From the NCBI GenBank assembly GCA_030917985.1, contig JAUPTR010000156.1, positions 1 through 32,250 on the forward strand: DNA of 32,250 nucleotides. Reading direction: 5' to 3'. Positions 1-11,667 of this stretch are shown piece by piece. Origin of the DNA: Pseudomonadota bacterium (GTDB lineage: Bacteria; Pseudomonadota; Gammaproteobacteria; Burkholderiales; SCOH01). The translations under genes and the position numbers were made by a program. The notes under the pieces were generated by a model that was not told where the DNA came from, searched no databases, and worked only from the letters and a program-made list of their open reading frames with translations. Within the stretch, counting starts at the first letter, position 1. Every line of letters starts with the position of its first letter.

Positions 1-129
1 GAGCTTGCTGAACACCTGGCTCGCCACTTCGCTGGCGTCCGGCCGCTTCATGCCGCGCATGCCGTAGCCCATGCCGTAGCCGCCCATTGCCTGCATGCCG
101 CCGCCACCGATGTTATTGATGGTTGTCAT
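1..129 (-). CDS. Small Gly/Met-rich protein, first 43 codons only (continues past the left edge)
   Basis: Absent from the ORF track because it is too short inside the window. The reverse complement of 1-129 reads MTTINNIGGGGMQAMGGYGMGYGMRGMKRPDASEVASQVFSKL with no stop. GGAG (complement of 137-140) lies 7 nt upstream of the ATG (complement of 127-129). Function cannot be assigned from 43 aa. Confidence 0.45.
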   Translation of the reverse strand, partial: MTTINNIGGGGMQAMGGYGMGYGMRGMKRPDASEVASQVFSKL

Positions 130-256
130 CTCCACACTCCATTGATTTGGAGCTTGCAGGCTACGCGCGGTGTGTATCGGGCAAATCAGCAGTTTGTATC
201 GCGGGCGATACATTACGATGCAGTGCGCCACCACGGATGTGGAAAGATTCGCCTGC

Positions 257-278
257 AGGTCGGATTTCAATCCGACCT
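257..278. repeat. REP-type hairpin, family A (AGGTCGGATT-TC-AATCCGACCT)
   Basis: Perfect 10-bp inverted repeat with a 2-nt loop, just downstream of the kinase stop (290). No T-run follows. The core GTCGGAyTTCArTCCGAC recurs at 25740-25757. Confidence 0.6.
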
Positions 279-289
279 ACAACGGCAGC

Positions 290-1420
290 TTATTTTCGTG
301 GCAATACCAGCCGTGCCAGCAGCCCGCCTTCCGGACGGTTGAGCAAGGTCAGTTGCCCGCCATGCTGGCGCGCCAGCTCCAGCGCAATCGACAAGCCCAG
401 TCCGGCACCGCCGCTGTGGCGGTTGCGTGATTCTTCCAGCCGCACAAATGGCTCAAACACCGAATGAATACGGTTTTCCGGAATCCCCGGCCCGTGATCA
501 CTGATCTCGATCACCAGTTGTTCGGCGCTATCCTCCACATGGATATCCGCCCGCTGGCCATATTGAATCGCGTTGTCGAGCAGATTGCCGACACAGCGCC
601 GCAGCGCACCGGGCAAGGCCAGCAGCGGTGCGGCCTGGCCGGATACATTGACTTGCTGGCCGGCTTCCAGCGCATCCTCGGCCAGGGTCTCCAGCAGGGC
701 CTGCACGTCCAGCATCTGCCAGCTTTCGCTCTGCGCCGCGCCGCGCAGGTAGCTGAGGGTGGCGTCGAGCATATTCGCCATTTCCTCGATATCCGCCTGC
801 AGCTTGTCGCGATCGAGCGATTCGGCCAGGCGCGTGGTGCGCAGGCGCATGCGGGTCAGCGGTGTGCGCAAATCGTGGGATACGGCGGCGAGAAAACGGC
901 CGCGCTCCTCCAGTTGCAAACGAATGCGCTCCTGCATGCGATTAAAGCCGCGCGCTGCCTCGCGTGCCTCCAGCGGGCCGGTTTCCGCCAGCGGCGGGCT
1001 GCTGAGATTGTCGCCAAGGCGGCCGGCCGCCTGCGCCAGTTGCGCCACCGGCTTCACCAGCTGCCGTGTACCAAACCACAAAGCCAGCAGCACCGCGCCC
1101 AACTGCAGCAGCTGCGCCAGCCACAGCTCGGGCGGCGGGCGGCGCGGTATCTCGCGGGCTTCGCCTGGCGGCGGGCCGGGGTGAAAATCGCGCGCGGGCC
1201 CGGCATCCATTAATGGATCAAAGTCCGGTGGCGCTGGCGGCATACGCTGCGGGCCGCGTTGCCATTCGGCGGGTGGCGGGCCGTGGTGTTTGGGTGGGCC
1301 GGCAAAAAACTTCAGCAGCAGCAGGCCGGTCAGCAGGTGGCTCACCAGCATCGCCGCCAGCACCAATGCAAACAGGCGGCCAAACATCGAATCCGGTAAC
1401 AGGCGTTGCAGGCGGCTCAT
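290..1420 (-). CDS. Two-component sensor histidine kinase (EnvZ/PhoR-like) with a proline-rich periplasmic loop
   Basis: 376-aa ORF with two TM segments and a HAMP-like linker. H-box FLAAVSHDLRTPLTRM, N-box NLLDNAIQYG, G-boxes DHGPGIP and GGAGLGLSIA. Start overlaps the regulator stop by 4 nt (1417-1420). Confidence 0.9.
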   Translation of the reverse strand: MSRLQRLLPDSMFGRLFALVLAAMLVSHLLTGLLLLKFFAGPPKHHGPPPAEWQRGPQRMPPAPPDFDPLMDAGPARDFHPGPPPGEAREIPRRPPPELWLAQLLQLGAVLLALWFGTRQLVKPVAQLAQAAGRLGDNLSSPPLAETGPLEAREAARGFNRMQERIRLQLEERGRFLAAVSHDLRTPLTRMRLRTTRLAESLDRDKLQADIEEMANMLDATLSYLRGAAQSESWQMLDVQALLETLAEDALEAGQQVNVSGQAAPLLALPGALRRCVGNLLDNAIQYGQRADIHVEDSAEQLVIEISDHGPGIPENRIHSVFEPFVRLEESRNRHSGGAGLGLSIALELARQHGGQLTLLNRPEGGLLARLVLPRK

Positions 1421-2139
1421 TTGTGCACTTTCGCGTCGAACAGATACCCCTCACCGCGCACGGTTTTCAGCAAGTTTGGCGCTTTCGGGTCATCGTTGAG
1501 TTTTTGCCGCAGCCGCGATACCAGCAGGTCGATGCTGCGGTCGAATGCCTCGGCGGCCCGGCCGCGTGCTGCATCCAGCAACTGGTCGCGCGTCAGCAAG
1601 CGGCGCGGGCGTTCTAGAAACACCCACAGCAGGCGGAATTCGGCATTCGACAGCGGGATCAGCAAGCCATGCGGGTCGGTCAGCTGCCGCGTCACACGAT
1701 TCACGCGCCAGAGGTCAAAGCCGACTTCATCACCGGCGGCCAGCTCGCCGCTATCGGCCGGCCCGTTGCCGCCGGCACTGCGCCGCAACAGGCTGCGGAT
1801 ACGTGCCACCAGTTCGCGTGGATCAAACGGCTTGACCACGTAATCATCGGCGCCAATCTCCAGCCCCAGCACCCGATCCGCCGCCTCGCCACGCGCGGTG
1901 AGCATGATGATCGGCACATCACACTGCGCCCGCAGCGCCCGGCACAAGGCAATGCCATCCTCGCCCGGCAGCATCAGGTCGAGAATCACCAGCTCAAACC
2001 GCCCCGGCGCAAATGCCTGGCGCATCGCAGCTCCATCGGCCACCGCCGTGGTGTCGATGCCATAACCACGCAGATAATCACCCAGTAAAACGCAAATCTC
2101 GCTGTCGTCATCCACCAGCAACACCCGAATCGGCGTCAT
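1417..2139 (-). CDS. OmpR/PhoB-family response regulator
   Basis: The ORF track gives 1417-2289, but the receiver fold starts at MTPIRVLLVDDD (ATG = complement of 2137-2139). LVILDLMLPGEDG is the phospho-Asp region. The C-terminal winged helix reads RLLWVFLERPRRLLTRDQLL...LRQKL...IKTVRGEGY. Confidence 0.9.
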   Translation of the reverse strand: MTPIRVLLVDDDSEICVLLGDYLRGYGIDTTAVADGAAMRQAFAPGRFELVILDLMLPGEDGIALCRALRAQCDVPIIMLTARGEAADRVLGLEIGADDYVVKPFDPRELVARIRSLLRRSAGGNGPADSGELAAGDEVGFDLWRVNRVTRQLTDPHGLLIPLSNAEFRLLWVFLERPRRLLTRDQLLDAARGRAAEAFDRSIDLLVSRLRQKLNDDPKAPNLLKTVRGEGYLFDAKVHK

Positions 2140-2331
2140 GCCCTGCTCCAGACTTATTGATGCCTGAAGACTAGCGGATTGGCATGCCCGGCGTGTAAGC
2201 GCTTTGTACCAAAACAGATACAGAGGCAAGGTTTGACCAGGATCGATAGTAGCGACAATCCCAAGGCCAATGGCTGGGCGCAACACCAATAATCAAGGGC
2301 AGACACGTGCCGGGCCGGCTATTTTTAATCC

Positions 2332-5859
<3,528 letters not shown>

Positions 5860-5866
5860 AACCATC

Positions 5867-7336
5867 ATGAATCAAGTTACGCGAGAAACCATTCTCATTG
5901 TCGACGACATGCCGGAGAACATCAGCATTCTGGCTGAAATCCTGCGTCAGGACTATCGCGTGACCTTTGCCACCAACGGCCCGGATGCACTTGCCGCTGC
6001 CCGCGAAAAACCCAGGCCGGGGCTGATCCTGCTGGATGTAATGATGCCGGGCATGAGCGGCTACGAGGTGTGCCAGCAATTGAAGACATTGCCGGAAACC
6101 GCCGGCATCCCGGTGATTTTCCTCACCTCCAGGGCGGATGTCAGCAACGAGGAAATCGGCTTGCAGATGGGTGCGGTCGACTACCTGCACAAGCCGTGTC
6201 ACCCGGCTATCGTCCGGCAGCGCGTGCGTAACCACCTGGCCCTGCACAACTACACGCAGGCGCTGGAGCTGCGCGTGCACGAGCGCACCCGCGAGCTGGA
6301 ACAAACCCGCATCGAAATCATCCGCCGCCTGGGGCGGGCAGCAGAATACCGCGACAACGAAACCGGCATGCACGTATTGCGCATGAGCTCGTGCTGCCAC
6401 AAGCTGGCGATTGCTGCAGGGTTGTCAGCGGAGCGGGCCGAATTGTTGCAATTGGCAGCGCCAATGCACGATATCGGCAAAATCGGCATTCCCGACCATA
6501 TCCTGCTGAAACCGGGCAAGCTCGACAGCGACGAGTGGGCCACCATGCAACGCCACGTGGAAATCGGCGCGGAAATCATCGGCGAACACCGCTCCGAACT
6601 GCTGGCGATGGCGCGGCTGGTGGCCCTGACACATCACGAACGCTGGGACGGCCACGGCTACCCGCACCACCTGGCCGGAGAAGACATTCCGATCGAGGGG
6701 CGCATCTCGGCCATCTGCGATGTCTTCGACGCCCTGCTCAGCAAGCGTCCCTACAAGGAGGCCTGGCCGGAACAGCAGGCGGTTGACTTTATCATCTCCC
6801 AGTCCGGCAAGGCTTTTGATCCGGCACTGGTGAATCTGTTTATCGAACTGGTGCCGGAGCTGAACCGGATTCGCAGCCTGTATCTGGATGAACCTGCGGA
6901 GCAGGCGCAGGCACAGAAGCTGGTACAGCTGATCTACGTCAGCGCCGCGCGGCAGGAGATGGATCAGGCGACGCTACTGCAGATACTCGACAGCGCAATC
7001 CGCCATAACACCCGCAACAAACTCAGCGGCATGCTGCTGTATGCCCGCGGCTCCTTCATCCAGGTGCTGGAAGGCAGTGAAACCGCAGTTGCAGAAACCA
7101 TGCGCCGCATCTGCGACGACCCGCGCCATCACGATATCCAAACCCTGACGCAAGATGTCATCAACGAACGCGAGTTTGCCCAGTGGGCCATGGGTTTTCA
7201 TTGCCTGAACCGTGATGACGTGGCAAAACACCCGCATTTCACCCTGTTTCTGGAAAGAGGCTTCGATCCCGCCGACATCAACGCAACGCCCGGCATTGCG
7301 ATGGCTTTGCTGAAACAGTTTGCCAACCAGGCGTAA
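5867..7336 (+). CDS. Response-regulator receiver + HD-GYP phosphodiesterase + C-terminal BLUF domain protein
   Basis: 489 aa. REC aa 8-122 (LILLDVMMPGMSG). HD-GYP aa ~150-330 (HDIGKIGIPDHILLKPGKL; HHERWDGHGYP). BLUF aa 352-445. Starts 7 nt after the hybrid kinase stop. Confidence 0.9.
   Translation: MNQVTRETILIVDDMPENISILAEILRQDYRVTFATNGPDALAAAREKPRPGLILLDVMMPGMSGYEVCQQLKTLPETAGIPVIFLTSRADVSNEEIGLQMGAVDYLHKPCHPAIVRQRVRNHLALHNYTQALELRVHERTRELEQTRIEIIRRLGRAAEYRDNETGMHVLRMSSCCHKLAIAAGLSAERAELLQLAAPMHDIGKIGIPDHILLKPGKLDSDEWATMQRHVEIGAEIIGEHRSELLAMARLVALTHHERWDGHGYPHHLAGEDIPIEGRISAICDVFDALLSKRPYKEAWPEQQAVDFIISQSGKAFDPALVNLFIELVPELNRIRSLYLDEPAEQAQAQKLVQLIYVSAARQEMDQATLLQILDSAIRHNTRNKLSGMLLYARGSFIQVLEGSETAVAETMRRICDDPRHHDIQTLTQDVINEREFAQWAMGFHCLNRDDVAKHPHFTLFLERGFDPADINATPGIAMALLKQFANQA
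6920..7201 (+). other. BLUF (blue-light FAD sensor) domain-coding segment of the 5867-7336 gene
   Basis: LIYVSAA..RHNTRNKLSGMLLY..FIQVLEGS..DDPRHHDI..FAQWAMGF. Tyr357, Asn381, Gln399, Trp440 and Met442 have the same spacing as AppA Y21/N45/Q63/W104/M106. Confidence 0.8.
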
Positions 7337-7411
7337 GAGGCTGTTCACGATCTGTCGCCATTCGCTCAAGTACGGCAGCCCGCATACCCCCACTCAGAAA
7401 GCCCGCAACCC

Positions 7412-7876
7412 ATGTGGCACGCCCTCGAAACCCGCATTCCCCCGCCACTGCTGATGCTGCTGTGCGCCGCAATCATGTCCGGCATCGATCAACTCTGGCC
7501 GCAACAATGGCTGTCGCAGCCAATTGCCGGCGGCATGGGGTTACTGCTTGCAGGGTGCGGGGCAATGCTCGATCTGGGTGGCTTGCTGCATTTCCTGCGC
7601 GCCCGCACCACCATCAACCCGCTCAAGCCAGCCAGCAGCAGGGTATTGGTAACAAATGGCATATATCGTGTCAGCCGCAACCCGATGTATGCCGGCATGT
7701 TGCTGATGCTGGGCGGCTGGGCAGCTTATCTCGCCAATCCCCTGGCTCTTGCCGGGCTGCCTCTGTTTGTGGCCAGCGTCACCCGCCTGCAGATTGTGCC
7801 GGAAGAGCGCATCCTGCTGCGCCTGTTTGGGCAGACGTATGCAGATTATTGCCGGCAGGTGCGGCGCTGGCTGTAA
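7412..7876 (+). CDS. Isoprenylcysteine carboxyl methyltransferase / PEMT-family membrane methyltransferase
   Basis: 154 aa with 4 hydrophobic segments. Family signature GIYRVSRNPMYAGMLLMLGGW and C-terminal EERILLRLFGQTYADYCRQVRRW. Confidence 0.8.
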   Translation: MWHALETRIPPPLLMLLCAAIMSGIDQLWPQQWLSQPIAGGMGLLLAGCGAMLDLGGLLHFLRARTTINPLKPASSRVLVTNGIYRVSRNPMYAGMLLMLGGWAAYLANPLALAGLPLFVASVTRLQIVPEERILLRLFGQTYADYCRQVRRWL

Positions 7877-8133
7877 GTGCCGCAAATAGGCAGGCAAGCA
7901 GCCCGTCGGACTTGAGGCTGCTCTTCAACGCTGGACGTTGCCACGGCTCAACGGGCACAATCGCCCCCCGGCAAGCCGGTACGGGACGAAGGCGGGCATG
8001 GTCATGGACGCGGCCGAAACACGCTCCGGCTGTGGCAGAAAGCCTGGCAGGAGTTTATTCAAACGGCATGAATTTTCTGTTTCAACAGTCTTTTTAGTGT
8101 AAAATTTAGAGTAATCATTCTTATTTTTCGGAC

Positions 8134-8568
8134 ATGAACAAAGTGAATAACGTTAAGCGCACATTCTCCACCGGTTTCACCTTGCTGGAACTGCTGATCG
8201 CATTGGTCATCATCGGTCTGCTGGTGGGCGTGGTAGCGCCCAATCTGTTCAAAAACGTTGGCAAATCTGAAGTTACCACCGCCAAGCAGCAGATCGAATC
8301 GCTGTCGAAGGCCATCGACCAGTATCGCCTCGACACCGGCCATTTCCCTTCCACCGAACAGGGCCTGGCTGCGCTGAACCAGAAACCAGCCGACGAACCG
8401 AAATGGAACGGCCCGTATCTGAAGAAAGAAGCACCGCTTGATCCGTGGGGCAAGGCCTATATTTACAAGGCGCCGGGCGAGCATGCCAACGATTACGACC
8501 TGAGCTCGCTGGGCAAGGATGGCAAACCAGGTGGAGAAGGTGAAGCCGCCGATCTCGGCAACTGGTAA
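8134..8568 (+). CDS. gspG: Type II secretion major pseudopilin, GspG-like
   Basis: Prepilin leader and cleavage/methylation site ...FSTG|FTLLELLIALVIIGLL. GspG body: AKQQIESLSKAIDQYRLDTGHFPSTEQGLAAL, WNGPYLKK, LDPWGKAYIYKAPGEH..DYDLSSLGKDGKPGGEGEAADLGNW. Confidence 0.92.
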   Translation: MNKVNNVKRTFSTGFTLLELLIALVIIGLLVGVVAPNLFKNVGKSEVTTAKQQIESLSKAIDQYRLDTGHFPSTEQGLAALNQKPADEPKWNGPYLKKEAPLDPWGKAYIYKAPGEHANDYDLSSLGKDGKPGGEGEAADLGNW

Positions 8569-8818
8569 AACCTGAACACGATCCTGCTGCACGGCCCTGA
8601 TCGGGACTCATGCGCTGCTCAAAACACACAAGGTACGCCCAGTTCTAGCCTTGCCATGCTCGGCAAGAATCCGGGGCAGTCCTCATGTACTACAGTACAT
8701 TCCGGTTTTTGCGCTGCTCTTCATCCCGCTGAGGGCCGTTCGCGACGGATCGAGCCCAGGTTTACCCCTGTTTGGCGATATACAACCCTGAGATAGATTC
8801 TGAAACACACTGATCTGC

Positions 8819-10003
8819 ATGCAACAGTTTGAAGTCAAAGCGCTGAAAGCCCAGTCAGTTGTCGTACTGAAACTGGATGCCGCCAGCAGCGACGATGCCC
8901 GCAACCAGGCCACCCAGCAGGGCGTGCGGGTGATCTCGGTGCACGCGCTGCGTCAGGGCTGGATGCCGGCCTGGCGCGCGCAGCGTTTTAATCTGGTGCT
9001 GTTCACGCAGGAGCTGCTGGCGCTGCTGGATGCGGGTCTGTCGCTGATCGAAGCAGTGGAAACACTGGCGGAAAAGGCACACGACGAGAGCCAGGATGTG
9101 CTGCGCAAGCTGACCGAATCGCTGTATCAGGGCCAGTCTCTATCGCAAGCGTTGCAGCATTTTCCGCAGGCTTTCCCCGAGCTGTATGTTGCCAGTGTGC
9201 GCGCCTCGGAAAAAACCGGCGACATCGTGCCGACGCTGCAACGTTTCGTCACTTATCAGCAGCAGGCCGACACGATTCGCAAGCAGATCATCTCGGCGTC
9301 GATTTATCCAGCGGTGGTGTTTGTGGTCGGCATTGTGGTTGCCTTGTTCCTGCTGGTCTATCTGGTACCGAAATTCAGCCGCATTTATGAAGACATGAAC
9401 AGCGACCTGCCCTTTCTCTCGCGCATGTTGCTGAAATGGGGCAGTTTCGCCAGTGACAATATGTCGCTGGTGTTGCTCGGCATCGGCGGCATGACTGCAC
9501 TGGCCATCTACGCCGCCAGCAACGCCCAAGCCCGCGCCCGCGCGCTGACCTTGTTGTGGCGCATCCAGTCGCTGCGCGAGCGCTGGTATCTGGTGCAATT
9601 GTCGCGCCTGTACCGCTCTGCCGGCATGTTGCTGCGTGGCGGCATTCCGGCCGTCACCGCGTTCAGCATGGTTGGCGGCCTGTTGCACCCCACCCTGCGG
9701 CCACGGCTGGACAAGGCGATCAGCCGCATCCGCGAAGGCCAGCCGATTTCACTGGTGATGCAAAGCTGCGAGCTGACCACGCCGGTGGCAGTGCGCATGC
9801 TGCGGGTGGGTGAAAAGAGCGGCAAAATGGGCGACATGATGGAGCGTATCGCGCTGTTCTATGATGAGGACACCGCGCGCTGGGTGGATGTATTCACCCG
9901 CGTGTTTCCGCCTTTGCTGTTACTGATTATCGCGCTGTTCATCGGCACGATTGTGGTGAGTATGTACATGCCGATTTTTGAACTGGCCGGAGGCCTGCAA
10001 TGA
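8819..10003 (+). CDS. gspF: GspF/PilC-family inner-membrane platform protein
   Basis: 394 aa with the duplicated T2SSF repeat architecture and 3 TM segments. N-terminus MQQFEVKALKAQS... is typical of GspF. Stop overlaps the ATG of the next gene (ATGA at 10000-10003). Confidence 0.9.
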   Translation: MQQFEVKALKAQSVVVLKLDAASSDDARNQATQQGVRVISVHALRQGWMPAWRAQRFNLVLFTQELLALLDAGLSLIEAVETLAEKAHDESQDVLRKLTESLYQGQSLSQALQHFPQAFPELYVASVRASEKTGDIVPTLQRFVTYQQQADTIRKQIISASIYPAVVFVVGIVVALFLLVYLVPKFSRIYEDMNSDLPFLSRMLLKWGSFASDNMSLVLLGIGGMTALAIYAASNAQARARALTLLWRIQSLRERWYLVQLSRLYRSAGMLLRGGIPAVTAFSMVGGLLHPTLRPRLDKAISRIREGQPISLVMQSCELTTPVAVRMLRVGEKSGKMGDMMERIALFYDEDTARWVDVFTRVFPPLLLLIIALFIGTIVVSMYMPIFELAGGLQ

Positions 10004-11667
10004 GCCGTATCAGCCTTGGTGATATCCAGGCTGCGCGCCAGACCATGCGCACCAGCGGCGAACCGTTCTGGGATGCCCTGCGCCAGCGCGTGCCATTGCA
10101 GAACGGCGAACTGCTGCGGGCCGTGGGCGAAGCGCTGAAAATGCCGACGCTGGCGATGCGCGAGATGCAGCAACTGACCCCGGCTTTCGACCTGATCGCC
10201 TACGCCGATGCGCTGCAGCGCCAGTGTATTGCCTTCCGCGATGCGCAAGGCGAATTGCTGCCGGTAATCGGCACCCCGTTTGATGCGGCATCAATCCAGT
10301 GGGCAGAAACCCGCCTGCCGGCAGCCGGTATCTGGCATCTGGCCGAGCCGGCGGATATCGTTGCCTATCTCTCCAGTTATGAAGAAACCCAGCGCGCCAT
10401 TGATGGCGTGCTGAATCAGGGCAGCGAAGGCACCGGCCAGAGCGCCAACGTTGAAATCATTTCGCTCGCCAGCATTGCCGAAGACAGCAGTCAGACAGTC
10501 AAGGCGGTCAACTCCACACTCTACGACGCGCTCAAGTCGCTGGCTTCCGACATCCACCTGGAAACCACACCCGGCGGGCTGACGGTGAAATACCGCATCG
10601 ACGGCGTGTTGTGCCACGTTGGCCAGATTGGCGGGCTGGACATGGCGGAGCAGGTGATTTCGCGCCTGAAGGTGATGTCGGAACTGGACATTGCCGAACG
10701 CCGTGTGCCGCAGGACGGGCGTTTCAAGATTTCCGTGAACAACCGCGAAATCGACTTCCGCGTCTCGATCATGCCCAGCCTGTTTGGCGAAGATGCGGTG
10801 CTGCGGGTGCTGGACAAACAATCGCTGGCCGACCAGATGAAAAGCCTGCGGCTGGAAACGCTCGGCTTTGATGCACCCACCGTGGAAATGATGCGCAAGC
10901 TGGCGCAGGAACCTTACGGCATGTTGCTGGTAACCGGCCCGACCGGCTCGGGTAAATCCACCACGCTCTATGCCGCCATTTCCGAAGTCAACAACGGCCA
11001 GGACAAGATCATCACCATTGAAGACCCGGTGGAATACATGCTGCCGGGGGTGCTGCAGATTCCGGTCAACGAGAAAATAGGCCTGACTTTTGCGCGCGGC
11101 CTGCGTTCGATCCTGCGTCACGATCCGGACAAGATTCTGGTGGGCGAGATCCGTGATGCCGAAACCGCACAGATTGCGGTGCAGGCGGCGCTCACCGGCC
11201 ACCTTGTCTATACGACAGTGCACGCCAACAGCGTGTTCGACGTGATCGGCCGCTTCGCCCACATGGGTGTCGACACCTACAGCTTCGTCTCCGCACTCAA
11301 CGGCATTCTGGCGCAACGACTGGTGCGCAAGATCTGCGAACACTGTGCCGAGCCGTATCAGCCAGATCACCAGCTAATGCTCGATTCCGGCCTCGATCCG
11401 GATAAAGTCAGCGACTTCACCTTCCGCCTCGGCCGTGGCTGTGGCCATTGCCGTGGCACCGGCTACAAGGGCCGCAAGGCGCTGGCGGAAATCCTCAAAC
11501 TCAACGACACGCTGCGCGAGCTGATCATCAGCCGCGCCCCGGTCAGCCAGCTGAAAGAAGCGGCGCGCAAGGCCGGCATGCGTTCGCTGCGCGACATTGC
11601 CATCAGCACCGTGCGTAGCGGTCAAACCACATTGCAGGAGATCAACCGTGTTACGTTTGTCTCCTGA
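10000..11667 (+). CDS. gspE: GspE/PilB-family secretion ATPase
   Basis: 555 aa. Walker A GPTGSGKSTT, Asp box IITIEDPVEY, Walker B ILVGEIRD, His box TGHLVYTTVHAN. Tetracysteine zinc motif CEHC...CGHC. Confidence 0.93.
   Translation: MSRISLGDIQAARQTMRTSGEPFWDALRQRVPLQNGELLRAVGEALKMPTLAMREMQQLTPAFDLIAYADALQRQCIAFRDAQGELLPVIGTPFDAASIQWAETRLPAAGIWHLAEPADIVAYLSSYEETQRAIDGVLNQGSEGTGQSANVEIISLASIAEDSSQTVKAVNSTLYDALKSLASDIHLETTPGGLTVKYRIDGVLCHVGQIGGLDMAEQVISRLKVMSELDIAERRVPQDGRFKISVNNREIDFRVSIMPSLFGEDAVLRVLDKQSLADQMKSLRLETLGFDAPTVEMMRKLAQEPYGMLLVTGPTGSGKSTTLYAAISEVNNGQDKIITIEDPVEYMLPGVLQIPVNEKIGLTFARGLRSILRHDPDKILVGEIRDAETAQIAVQAALTGHLVYTTVHANSVFDVIGRFAHMGVDTYSFVSALNGILAQRLVRKICEHCAEPYQPDHQLMLDSGLDPDKVSDFTFRLGRGCGHCRGTGYKGRKALAEILKLNDTLRELIISRAPVSQLKEAARKAGMRSLRDIAISTVRSGQTTLQEINRVTFVS

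Noticed and set aside
2140-2289. 50-codon N-terminal extension of the response-regulator ORF as given in the ORF track.
   Set aside because: The receiver domain begins at MTPIRVLLVDDD. The extension has no homology-like features and would consume the divergent promoter region.
7980-8070. Sigma-54 type promoter (TGGCAG...TGGCAGGAG) upstream of gspG.
   Set aside because: The GG elements are present, but no correctly spaced TGC/-12 element follows either one.
8741-8765. tRNA-like T-arm sequence (GGATCGAGCCC) in the gspG-gspF spacer.
   Set aside because: No flanking complementary stems, no acceptor or anticodon arms, and no CCA context, so this is a chance resemblance.
8656-8802. 48-codon plus-strand ORF (MLGKNPGQSSCTTVHSGFCAALHPAEG...) in the gspG-gspF spacer.
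   Set aside because: No RBS, odd composition, and it spans the palindrome. There is no evidence it is coding.
10000-10300. MshEN-type c-di-GMP-binding motif in the N-terminus of the GspE-like ATPase, considered because of the c-di-GMP genes nearby.
   Set aside because: I could not find the tandem RLGxx(L/V/I)(L/V/I)xxG(L/F)(L/V/I)xxxxLxxxLxxQ pattern by eye. The region looks like a generic T2SSE_N domain. An HMM search would be needed to be sure.
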